Positions 33,935 to 46,525 of a stretch of DNA of 64,000 bases are shown piece after piece. The stretch spans positions 291,896,001 to 291,960,000 of the forward strand of contig OZ024743.1 in assembly GCA_964016885.1 (NCBI GenBank), read 5' to 3'. A program made the position numbers and the translations under genes. Under the pieces are notes generated by a model, which did not search any database, had not been told where the DNA came from, and saw only the letters and a program-made list of their open reading frames with translations. The first letter of the stretch is position 1; the number at the start of each line of letters is the position of its first letter. The DNA comes from Eledone cirrhosa (lineage: Eukaryota).

Positions 33935-33972
33935 GCCCTGATGAGTCCTTAATAGGACGAAACATTGTCGGC
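33935..33972 (+). ncRNA. Minimal type I hammerhead ribozyme
   Basis: GCC-CTGATGA-GTCCT(TAAT)AGGAC-GAAAC(ATT)GTC-GGC: full core, stems I-III, GUC cleavage triplet, AATAAA right after. Confidence 0.85.
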
Positions 33973-34436
33973 TAATAAAAACTTTTGATGTATTAAAGGA
34001 TTCTTTGTTTTACTCTCTTTTTTTTTTGGCTCTGTTTAACTGCATTGAGCTATACCTTTTACTGTCATTTCTATACTACGAAGAGGGTGTTTAACTCCAA
34101 CACGCTCCAGTATTTTAATCCTTATATATATATATTCACATATATAAGTACCTAAATATACGAAATGATCTATTTAGATGAGACCCGGACATAAGATCAT
34201 ATAAAACACAACTACCTTACTTAAGCCTCAGTCGACTAAATTCGTATCATTGATATGCACGTATTATAATTCATCCGAAGGCTTTTAAATACAATAACCT
34301 GTATAAATATTATACATATAAGTAGCCCATACAAATTTATCAAGACATTAACACAATCCGCCTTTATATGAGTTAAATACAACAGCCTACGTAAATAATA
34401 TACACAGAAACAGAAATACACACACACACACACACA

Positions 34437-34548
<112 letters not shown>

Positions 34549-34762
34549 AGTACATGAATATGCAGGATATACATATGTAACAGCACACAACACTTTTATA
34601 AAAACAATCCCACACACACACGTTTACACATAAATACATAATACAGTCACTTTAACATTTGCAGGTATAATTACATTTCAAAATATAATTTTACATACAC
34701 AGGAGTTACATCTCTTGAATAAGAAAAACACCAAATTTATTGTTACAATATTATTATTAAAC

Positions 34763-34960
34763 TGATGAGCAGGCAGGCTTTTGTCGGTGCTGGAACACAG
34801 TCAATGAGATTAAGCTGACCAATGACATCGAAAACAGCTTTGAAAAGGTCCAGAAGGCTGTCTCTAACTTGGTCGACTTTTCTGCAGAGTATGAGAGTGT
34901 GTGATATCAGGGTTTAACTCTGAAAGTCACTAAAATCAATTCAAGACCACCAGATTGTGC
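34763..34960 (+). pseudogene. Short non-LTR RT fragment (APE-type LINE)
   Basis: Translates DEQAGF..NT..KLTNDIENSF..LVDFSAEYESV*YQGL, a decayed QAGFR/VDL..AYD motif. Confidence 0.55.
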
Positions 34961-37900
34961 GATACATTTGCAACATCCAACTCTGAAAGTCGCTACAGCT
35001 CGCCATGCTACTAGACTTCCTAGCAGCCAGGTCGAACAGCGCCTTGAAACAACTATGCCTGAAAGATATTTGACACCACCTGTACCATCTAAATCTACCT
35101 CGAATGCTGGGGAAAACACTATCGATAATAATAATAATCGAAGAAATTTGACACCACATGTACCATCCGAGTCTACCTCGACTGTTGTGGAAAATACTAT
35201 CGATAATGATAATAATGAAAAGTATAAACAATTGAAATTTTCCCTCAACGAAATCTTCCAGAGAGAAATTGATTTATGTATAAATATCTCGCTTGCTGAA
35301 CGTGTTAAAACGACAATGTTTAATAAAAAAACAACAACAAATAATGAAATATTACTTGTTATTGACGAAATAGGGGATGAATATTTACGACGGATAAAAA
35401 CCCCAAAATTTTGGCAAATCAACACCTATTTATATGCCCTAGCAACGACAGTGAATCATTATCTTGGTGATAGCAGAGATATTAACAAGAACAGAACACG
35501 GCCAAAAATACCATCATATATAAATAAAATAGAAAAACATAGGATAAGTGACAATGCTCCTTACATGCAAACAAACATAAAAAACCTCACTCTTCAACAA
35601 CAAAGAGTGAAAAATAAAATAGAGACGATGTTTGGTAACAGTAGAACCAGAACTCTCGAATATAAGCTGATCACTCTCAAACAAGAATTGAGAGCTGTTA
35701 GCGAAACACACCGATACCTGAAGAAGGTAGATGAGAGAAAAGTTCTTAATAAAAGATTCAGACGAAACCAAACATCAGTCTATAGAGATATGAATGGCAA
35801 AATAATAGGTGTCACTGAGGCCCTATCCCAGAAAGACATAGATTCCTTTTGGAGCAAAATATGGGGTGAAAAGAAAAATTTCAACAAGGATGCAGTGTGG
35901 CTAAGAGAAATCCGAAAGAACTATTGCTCCTACACTACAACAAAAACATACGAAATATGTGAGGGTACCCTTGCGACTGTGATACGAAAACTCCAAGATA
36001 AGGAAACACCAGGAAGATACATGATTGTCGGCTACTGGTACAAAGAATTGATATTTTATCGGAGGTATCTTACTGACTTCCACCAACCAGTTCTTAAGGG
36101 AGATATACTTATATCAGAATGGTTGACATTAGCACAAAGATTACTGGTCCCCAAGAACAAAGACACCCACTTGGAAAAAAACTACCAACCCATTGCATGC
36201 CCGAACCTGATGTATAAGATGTATACAGCCTGCCTGAACATATTCCTCCAAGATCACTGTAAAAATAATAACATCATCACAGATGAACAAGCAGCTGCAA
36301 GGAAATGGGTTGAACAACATCTAATCAACAAAACTGCGATGTCGGGGGCGCGACAACTTAGGAGGAATATGGGTACAGTCTGGCTGGACTACAGGAAAGC
36401 TTTCGATTCTATTCCCCACTCTTGGATGATAGAGACCCTCCAACTTGCTAAAGTCCCAGACATTATTGTCAGAGACATAGAGAGGCTGTCTTCTTCTTGG
36501 GCTACTATCCTAAGGTTAAAGACAGAGAGGGAGGACTCTATTTTCACTGATAAAATAAAATATTGCAGGGGTATATTTCAGGGGGACAGTGTCTTTGTGA
36601 TATTATTCATCTTGTCATTAAACCCCTTGTCCTTTATGCTCAAGAAATGTGAGGGATACATCATTGGCTCACAGGAGGACAGAAATAGGAACCTAACCCA
36701 TAATTCATTGGTGGACGATCTGAATCTCTATGCCAAGAACATGGATGCGATGAAGAAAAATCTTGACCTGGTTACAACGTTCTCAAAGGATATAGGAATG
36801 GATTTTGGGCAAGATAAATGCTCATACATAACTGTAAAGCGGGGAAACCCAATCTAGCGACATTTTCATCAATGGCCTAACTGTTTCACCGATATCTGAT
36901 GGGGACTGCTACAGATACTTGGGGATAGATGAGAACAAATCCTATAATGGCATCTGTAATAAGGAACGCGCAATCAGGGAATACTACACCCGATTAAGAA
37001 AGATCTGGTCATCGGAAATCTCTGGGCAAAACAAAACAGTGGCTTACAATGTGTTTGCTGTGCCTGTCCTAACACCAACGTTTTGAATACTCAATTGGAA
37101 GATAGACAACATCCGAGCAGTTGATGTTGGAACTCGAAAATTACTAAACAACACCGGAAACTTCCACATCAAGAGTGACATAGACCGCCTTTACTTGAAA
37201 CGTAAGCAGGGAGGCAGAGGCCTAACATCAGTCCAGACAACATTTGAATGTCGCATCATATCTCTCCGACAACATCTACGAAACTCGAATCGTAGGAGCC
37301 CGTTTCTCGAGCAAGTCTATCTGCATGAAACAGATAAGATTATGAGAACTGGGAAGGAACTGCTCGAGAGATATTCCCTGTGTGATAATCATAAACTCAC
37401 ACCCAGGGATTTCGCTCAGCAGTATCGCAGTGAGTCCATGGATGAAAAACTGCATGCTTATCAGCAAACAATCATGCATGGTTATGTTGCCAGGGTGCTC
37501 CAGGGTGAGAGTAATACAGATAAAGAAAGTAGTCTATCTTGGACCAACAACCGTTATATTGGCTCCCACTTTATTGACTCCCACAAGAACATGAAATTAA
37601 CACGAAATACCTGATTCACAAAAGATATAGGGATGCAGGCAAAACACCTAGATGTGATAACAAGTATAGACTTTGCAGAACTAACATCGAGGATATCACC
37701 CATGTCATCAGCTGTCCAAAGATGTCAAGGCGGTACTATCTACCTATGAGGCATGATGTAGTGGCCAAAACACTGTATCATGCAATTCGTAAAATAGATA
37801 GCCCCGATAATAAACACATTAAAAGCTACAGCAATGTGGAAGACATCCATGTACATAATATGAAAGATTACTGGTGGAATGTTCCAGTAAAAACCCCAAT

Positions 37901-38473
37901 AAAATGCAGGCATAGCAGACCAGATATTATATGGGACAGGGAGAAGAAAGCATGCGCAGTAGTGGAAATTAGCTGCCCAGCAGATGCCAATATATCAAAG
38001 ATTAGTGAAAGGGAGAATATGTATGCAGAACTGATGAGAAATCTGCAGATACTCCACCCTGATTACACCTTCAGAGTTATGCCTGTGATTATTGGGGCAC
38101 TGGGATATGTTAGTAACTGCCTCAATACAAGTCTTGAGAAGCTAGGCTTCACAGGAACAGAAAGAACACAAATAGTTAGGAAATTACAAGTACAATTCAT
38201 TAATGGAACAGTAAAGATATGTAAAACATTCCAAAAATGTTGCATCTAATAACTGCATATACACATGTACAGATGCAAAGCATATACACATGCACATATA
38301 CAACGCAAAACGTACATATCCACACATACAATAACATCCATATCTACACATGCATACATACATATCTACCTAGTTGATGTTGTGTAAATTCCAATGAGAG
38401 AGTATGGTGTCTATGTTAGAAACCGACTCTCTCTCTATTGATAAAACTTTGTGAAATTATAAAACCAGAAGAA
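34961..38473 (+). mobile_element. Decayed R4/Dong-type non-LTR element (RT, CCHC, restriction-like endonuclease)
   Basis: NYQPIAC, WLDYRKAFDSIPHSW, RGIFQGDS, VDDL, RKQGGRGL, RHDVVAK, RPDII, VEISCP; stops and frameshifts; 3'UTR hairpin near 38396-38433, then TACA repeats. Confidence 0.88.
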
Positions 38474-38599
38474 TATACATACACACATACATACATACAC
38501 ACACACATACTTACATAAATACACACATACATACACACATACATACATACATACACACACATACATACATACTTACATACACACATACATACATACAGG

Positions 38600-39328
38600 A
38601 TATATACCAACCCGCTTGGACCAATGTATAACTGGACTTGGAATTGCGGACAAAGAGCGCAGCTCCCTAATTCATAGTCTAGGCTGAGATAGCAGGCACC
38701 TTCAAAGTTTGCAAAACATTCTTGCGATTGAAGGGATGACAATTTCTTTTCTTTTACAACCTTGCCACCAAGAAGGTGGCCGGTCAAAAATATACTCGAA
38801 ATTAAGAGAAAGAGAGAGACTTATATACATACATACATACATACATACATACATACATACATGCATACATGCATACATACATACATACATACATACATAC
38901 ATACATACATACATACATACATACATACATACATGCATGATGGCTGCCAACTCGTTTTCGAGGACGGCCACTACTTTATATCCATGTAGGAGAACTCCTA
39001 CCGATGCGCTGAACGAGTGTGACTTTTTAGTCCAGCCAGCGACTTGAAAACTCTGGTACAAACACTACACTTGTGACAATTATTGACACATAGTGCTGGG
39101 CCCATGGTACCATGTGACGACAAGTGCAGAGAGATCTCCAGATACAAAGCAATGCCTATGCCGTATAGCTTTTATAGTGAGCAAAGTCACTGCACAAAGC
39201 CAGTCCTACTCTCTTAACCAAGATGATATTTACCAAAAAGTGTTGCCAGTTTAGTCGCCAACGACCAGACCATGAGACAGGTTGTACTAGGATACATGTT
39301 ACCGGTAGCACCAACTGGTGACCTGACA
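38600..39328 (-). mobile_element. Probable LINE (RTE-like) 5'-end fragment interrupted by (TACA)n
   Basis: 39240-39328 is homologous to 51340-51426; clade assignment is inference. Confidence 0.4.
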
Positions 39329-39368
39329 TACATACATACATACATACATACATACATACATACATACA

Positions 39369-39402
<34 letters not shown>

Positions 39403-39575
39403 CATACATACAAATGAGAGACATGTTCCAATGAAAGTTATATATTTCTACTTTGGAAACGATCTCTTTCTCTCTCCGGTGAGAAATAATGAAAGTTAAA
39501 CCAGATACAAATTCATATATATATGCCTGCTCTCATACGAATACACTGATATATACACGTATACATGCCTCCTGC

Positions 39576-39610
<35 letters not shown>

Positions 39611-39709
39611 AGCGTGTCTACATATTTACATTCACACACAGAGATGCACAGACACACACACACACACAAACACGCACAGATATATATGTTTATGTGTGAG
39701 TATTTATAC

Positions 39710-39822
<113 letters not shown>

Positions 39823-40640
39823 TGTGTATATATATATATATATATGTATAAACTTAAAACATATGACTACATATATTTTCATACATTCTTAAATATTCTT
39901 GCTCACATGCAAATAAATACATATATATTCATACATCTGCATGAAGACAAAGTTAACCTTATTATTGCAGACTTGTGGAGCCAATAAAGCCTCTATTGTC
40001 GATGAACAAACTCCTTTCTCTCTAGATCAATGAGAATATGTCAAAATTATTTTTTATGTTTGGATTTACTTTTTTCTGTATTCATTTTCCTATTTTCATT
40101 TTACTATCATTAATTTTGTTGTTATTCTTTCTGATGTTAAGTTTGTTGTTATGGATTATGTTTCTTATTTTCTGCAATGTCATTGTTTTAAATATTTCCA
40201 TCTCAAATATATCGGAAGAAATTATTGATTTTATATATGCCTCCTGTATTGTTTTTCTTTTATTTTTCGAATATTTCCTATTTGTTTAGTTCTGGTTGTC
40301 GTCGCTGTAGTTCTTGTTGTTCTTGATTCAGATAGTGTTGTTTTGTGCTTTCTTTTAATCCTAGAGAATTATCATAAGTTTCAAGTTTATTTTTATAATC
40401 TGGTTCCAGGAAAGTCTTTCGACATTCTTTCATTGAGAAATGGATTCCTTAATTTCTTCTTATATTTTCTGTCATTATTTATATTATTTATTTTCATGTA
40501 TTTATCTAATCTTATTTGATATCCTTTATTCTTTTCTACGCAAATGACTTTAAAAATATTTGTTTCAATGATGCTTGACAGCATATTGGATTTGATATTT
40601 CATCTTATTCCAATAGCTTAATTCCTAGATTGCTTATATG

Positions 40641-40688
<48 letters not shown>

Positions 40689-40777
40689 GGAGGTGAGTTT
40701 TATTGTAGTACAACATATGTTGATTTAAAACTGCACTATCCACAAGTGTTTTTTAACCTTCATATCGTGTCTTCCTG

Positions 40778-40844
40778 TTTTATCTGATGAAAACACAAAT
40801 ATTATTGCATGATGATATTTGTTTTTGAAATGCGCATAATAAAA
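40778..40844 (+). ncRNA. Minimal hammerhead ribozyme (TGCGCA family)
   Basis: TTTTAT-CTGATGA-AAACA..TGTTTTT-GAAA-TGCGCA-TA-ATAAAA; palindromic stem III. Confidence 0.75.
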
Positions 40845-41038
40845 TACATGGAACTCTTTTAACCATCTTTTGTTCTTATATATTATATATATATATATAT
40901 ATACATATATATGTATATAATATATATCGTTTCTGAATTTGTTTAGCAAGATTCTTTATCTGAAAACGTGTGTTGAAACCGATATTGTTATACTTTGGGA
41001 GGGTCATGTTGCCAAAGTATACCTCCCAAAGTATAACA

Positions 41039-41142
<104 letters not shown>

Positions 41143-41242
41143 AATATATATATATATATATATTGAAAAAGTGAAGAATATATATATATATATAAATATA
41201 TATAAAAAAGAAATTAAAAGATGGTTACAAAAGTTTCATATA

Positions 41243-41308
41243 TTCTATTATGCGCATTTCGAAAACAACATCATCCTGGGACCAAAATTGTGTTCTCATC
41301 AGATAAAA
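41243..41308 (-). ncRNA. Minimal hammerhead ribozyme (diverged TGCGCA family copy)
   Basis: Minus strand TTTTAT-CTGATGA-GAACA..TGTTTTC-GAAA-TGCGCA-TA-ATAGAA. Confidence 0.75.
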
Positions 41309-41937
41309 TAAGGTAACATGATATGAGGCATAAAAACACTTGTGAACAAGAAAGTGTCCTTTCAACATATGACAAATATATAAGAGAAGAGAAAAAGTAG
41401 GAAAAATGAAGAAAAGGAAAGAAGGAAAAACGAAAAAGAAATAGAAGAGGAAAAAAGAGAAAGAAGGAAGGAGGAGACAGAAAGAGAATTGTAGAGAGAT
41501 ACGTTTGATCGGGAACGCTGTCAAAAATGAAAAACACCTGTGAATAACGGCTAACAAAATAATAAAATAAATAAATAAATAAATAAATTGATGAGGTGAA
41601 TATGCTAATATTAAAAATATTAGATGTCTAGAATATAGAAACTGGGTATATTATTTAATATTGAGTTTGAATACTAAAAATTGGACTAAGAAATGTAAAA
41701 GTGTATTGATAAAATAAAATGAAATAAAATAAAATTAAAATTAAATTAAAAATAAATATAATAATTATAAAAAAGGTTTTTTTAAAATAAAATGAAATAA
41801 AATGAAATAAAATAAGATAGACTAGAATAAAAAATGAAAATATTTAATTATTATTTTATATCACCTCTAGTTCTACCAACTGTTGAGTGCTACTTATCTG
41901 ATATATGCATAGTTTTATTGTTCTACAATATTACTCA

Positions 41938-42756
41938 TCTATCTATATATATAAAACTGTGGTTGTCTGTCTGTCTATCGATTTTTGGCACACATCTCCT
42001 CTTAGAATCTCTGACGGAATTGCACCGAAATTGCTATACTTGTACATTGAGCCCTAGCGAAGACATCGGAAAAAAAATATTTCAAATTGACCCACCCTAT
42101 GTGACGAAATCGAATATAATGTATCGATTTTTGAGCGTAAGTTATCAGTTATTTCCCTTTGTTCTGTTTACATTGAGCGTCTTACGTAAAAAATTACGCT
42201 GGCTTTCTCAGCGTTTAAAATGACATTAACACAATACACGAACAGTTGTCGAGCCAGCAAAATATTGACCTGCAAAATTCATCAGTTCGAACACTAAGCT
42301 TCCGTTTTGCTTCATTTCCATTTAAAAGCATTTTAAAACAATATTTTTACTTGAAAACAAGTCTATTTAAAGACTACGTAAAACAAGCAAATATTTCAGG
42401 CGTGCAGACAGACAGTCGTGCAGAGAGGTGATATAGGCGTGCAGACAGACATAACTGATAATTTGGTTACGCTAATGTTTTTCTCTGCGTTGCAGTGTTT
42501 ACATTTTCGATCTTTGTTAATAAATAACCAGTGCAGTTTTTATCCCCAGCAACCTCTTTTGTTATAACATTCGGGTTATCGTTATGTTTTCTTAACTTCA
42601 TAAGGCATATTGTTGGTTGAGGGAATATTAATAAAAAACACCACATGCAAGTCTGCACAGTAGACACTACAGTTTTTAAGCCAAAAAAGAAACTTAACAT
42701 TGTAACTTTAACACAGCTACTGAGCGACCCCGAGCAACGTCGGGCTTTACTGCTAG
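41938..42756 (+). mobile_element. Complete non-autonomous Helitron
   Basis: 5' TCTATCTATATATATAAAA, (GTCT)n, 3' hairpin CCCGA-GCAACG-TCGGG then CTAG; inserted A|T; removing it restores ACTCA|TCTCCTA, matching ACTCACCTCCTA at ~62165. Confidence 0.85.
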
Positions 42757-42761
42757 TCTCC

Positions 42762-42793
<32 letters not shown>

Positions 42794-42808
42794 TATATAT
42801 ATAAATAA

Positions 42809-42840
<32 letters not shown>

Positions 42841-42885
42841 TTAATATATATAATTTAATATATATATATATATAAATGTATATAT

Positions 42886-43001
<116 letters not shown>

Positions 43002-43031
43002 AAATATATATATATATAAATGTATATATAT

Positions 43032-43074
<43 letters not shown>

Positions 43075-43079
<5 letters not shown>

Positions 43080-44665
43080 GTTAATATAAATTAATATATT
43101 TGATAAACACAAATACCAACATATTAATGTTTGTATTGTAAATGACCAAGTTAGCTAGATTGAAATATACTAATAATAATATTACAGTTTGCCTATCTTG
43201 ACTTAAGATAATAAATCAACAAAAACAAATCGTATTGGCAATGGCCGTGGTGCTTGGACAAATTTAAATTTCAAAATCAAACCTGTTCCGTAGACAGGTT
43301 TAAACCTTAAAATCGAAATATGTTTCGAATAATGAAAAAGTGGAAGAAATACCGCATTTTGATCTCCTCAGCAAGCACTATGAAAATTGGTATGTTCCAC
43401 TTCAAAATATTTAGAAAGAATATTTAGCGCACGAGGTAATTTCACGCCGCGGTTATCCAGTGTCTAGCTAGTCTCATACTCGTGCTGCTAGAAATAACAG
43501 CCGTTTGTATGGAGCTAAATTCAGCTCAAAGAAGGAGCAGTGATAAATCAATAATAATGAGTTCAAATCTCAGGGAGTCTTTTACAATGAAATTATTCAA
43601 AGAAAGAGTATTTCTGAGCCGTGTAATACAGGTTAATATGAATTAATATATTTGATAAACACAAATACCAACATATTCATGTTTGTATTGTAAATGACCA
43701 AGTTAGCTAGATTGAAATATATTAATAATAATATTACAGTTTGCCTATCTTGACTTAAGATAATAAATCAACAAAAACAAATCGTATTGGCAATGACCGT
43801 GGTGCTTGGACAAATTTAAATTTCAAAATCAAACCTGTTCCGTAGACAGGTTTAAACCTTAAAATCGAAATATGTTTCGAATAATGAAAAAGTGGAAGAA
43901 ATACGGCCTTTTGATCTCCTCAGCAAGCACTATAAAAATTGGTATGTTCCACTTCAAAATATTTAGAAAGAATGTTTAGCGCACGAGGTAATTTCACGCG
44001 GTTATCCAATGTCTAGCTAGTCTCATACTCGTGCTGCTAGAAATAACAGCCGTTTGTATGGGGCTAAATTCAGCTCAACGAAGGAGCAGTGATAAATCAA
44101 TAATAATGAGTTCAAATCTCAGGCAGTCTTTTACAATGAAATAGCTCAAAGAAAGAGTATTTCTGAGCCGTGTAATACAGGTTAATATGAATTAATATAT
44201 TTGATAAACACAAATTCCAACATATTGATGTTTGTATTTTAAATGACCAAGTTAGCTAGATTGAAATATACTAATAATAATATTACAGTTTGCCTATCTT
44301 GACTTAAGATAATAAATCAGCAAAAACAAATCATATTGGCAAATGCCGTGGTGCTTGGACAAATTTAAATGTCAAAATCAAACCTGTTCCGTAGACAGGT
44401 TTAAACCTTAAAATCGAAATATGTTTCGAAAAATGAAAAAGTGGAAGAAATACCGCATTTTGATCTCCTCAGCAAGCACTATAAAAATTGGTATGTTCCA
44501 CTTCAAAATATTTAGAAAGACTGTTTAGCGCACGAGGTAATTTATTATTGATTTATCACTGCTCCTTCGTTGAGCTGAATTTAGCCCCATACAAACGGCT
44601 GTTATTTCTAGCAGCACAAGTATGAGACTAGCTAGACACTGGATAACCGCGTGAAATTACCTCGT
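43075..44665. repeat. ~550-bp tandem repeat (~2.7 units) ending in an inverted segment
   Basis: Units start at ~43075, ~43627, ~44176; 44541-44665 is the reverse complement of ~43983-44105. Confidence 0.9.
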
Positions 44666-45440
44666 TGAATTGTTTCGATTTAGCACCACTTATCCGAACA
44701 CAAATACTCGGGCATTCATTGAGATATGAGGACAGCAAGAAGATAACCACCACTCATACTCTTTTACAGCCTTTCACAGCAGGTCCTGAGGAACGCGATT
44801 ACATGCCTTCTCAAAGTCAACAAAGCAAGAATATACTTCTTGGCAATGCCCCCACGATTTCTCGAATACTTGCTGCACTTTGAATATTTGGTCGGCTGTG
44901 CTTCGTCCGGGGTGAAAACCACACTATTCAACAGGTAGCTTGGAATCGACTATCTCCCTGCATCTTTTTGCCAAACACTTAGCATAGACTTTACCGGGGT
45001 GGCTTAACAAGGAGATCCCTCTCTAATTGAAACCATCTCCTTTGTTACCTTTTTTGAAAATTAGGATTATTACCCCCGATCTGCATTGTTGAGGTGCCCT
45101 TCAAGAGATCCAGGTCACCCGGCACACACGAGACAACCAGAGAATACCTTCTATATTTAAGGATTTTAACATCTCTGACCGGATTTCATCTTCCCCAACA
45201 GCTTTGCCACATTTGAGCAGTAAGCTGTTCTTGCGACCTCAGCCTCTGAGAGCTTAGACATCGCTCCTAGATGTACCTCTTGTACATCCGAAGATGCTAT
45301 TGTAATCGGGTTTAGGAGATCAGCAATCTATTCTCTCCACCTCGAGAAGATGCACCTCTCTGAAGAGAGTTGAACCCCAGACGCGTTCTTAATAAAGCAG
45401 ACCATCTGCCTACTTCGTAATAAGTAGGCCTCCCCTACGC
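44666..45440 (-). pseudogene. RTE-clade RT fragment
   Basis: Minus strand GISLLSHPGKVYAKCL..E*CGFHPGRSTADQIF..FEKSW. Confidence 0.7.
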
Positions 45441-46472
45441 ATATTATTATTTTCATTATTATTATTATTATTAAACATGTTCCTATATATTTTATGTCTA
45501 TATTCTATAGAAAGTGAAATTCCTACATTTTGCGTTTGATAACTGAAGTACGAATTATATATTGCTGTAGACACAGACTTATGCCGCCGTCGTCACCATA
45601 TATCCGCCACTCCCGCCTTCGACTGTAGATTACATCCATGTCTTAAGAAACGATAACGTGAAGTAAAGAAGTTGACATCGCTGTCGTGCAGCTAATGGCA
45701 CGCACTTTGATATTAAATCTCCCTTCATTTCAGCTATTTGGAAGTTTAGCTGTTTCGAAATTGTAAGGATGTTTGTAAATATTTTATTATGTATTACTTA
45801 GTATACGTTTTTAAATTTGTTTCTGTATTTTACGCATATGTTATAGAAAGCCCATCAAACTTCTATTTTTCTTCTACATATTTTTCTATACATGCATCCA
45901 AAGTTGTGTGACCTTGTGCCAAGTTAGAAATTATTGGTAGTGCTGTTTTTGTGACCATCCAGGAGAGTAAATTCATCGTTATGTATTTTTTTGGTTTGTT
46001 ACAATTTTACCGATACTTTTTGTAGAGTTTATTCACAGTAACGAATATCTATCTCTTGGAACTTAAATATGAAAGGTTTACTTGGAAGCTCTTCAAATTT
46101 ATATTCGGTTTTACATTTTATTTCTTCTTGAGTTCATACGATTACAAGAAGAGTATTAATGCCCATGTTTCTATATTTCGATTTCCAGTGAAGTTCTCCG
46201 GAAAGTAAAAAGCGTTTCAAGTACTATTTGTAACGTTTAGTTTTCAGATCACATTCATTGCGATGTGGACAAGTCATATCGATCGGTGGATACTACTTAG
46301 AAATCGTGTATTTTATGACAACATCGGAAAGTATAACCACATTTATTGCTGCTATCTTATCCAATATTTCCATTTACCATTTATGTATCATATATATATA
46401 TATATATATTTATTTATTTATTTATTTAAAAACACACACACACACTCACACACAAACGCATACGCACACACG

Positions 46473-46525
<53 letters not shown>

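Noticed and set aside
43300-43378. Hammerhead in the 550-bp unit (minus CTGAGGA..GAAACATATTTC)
   Set aside because: Stem I and stem II do not pair convincingly.
43075-44540. CRISPR-like or phage repeat array
   Set aside because: Long contiguous units without unique spacers; eukaryotic context, no cas genes.
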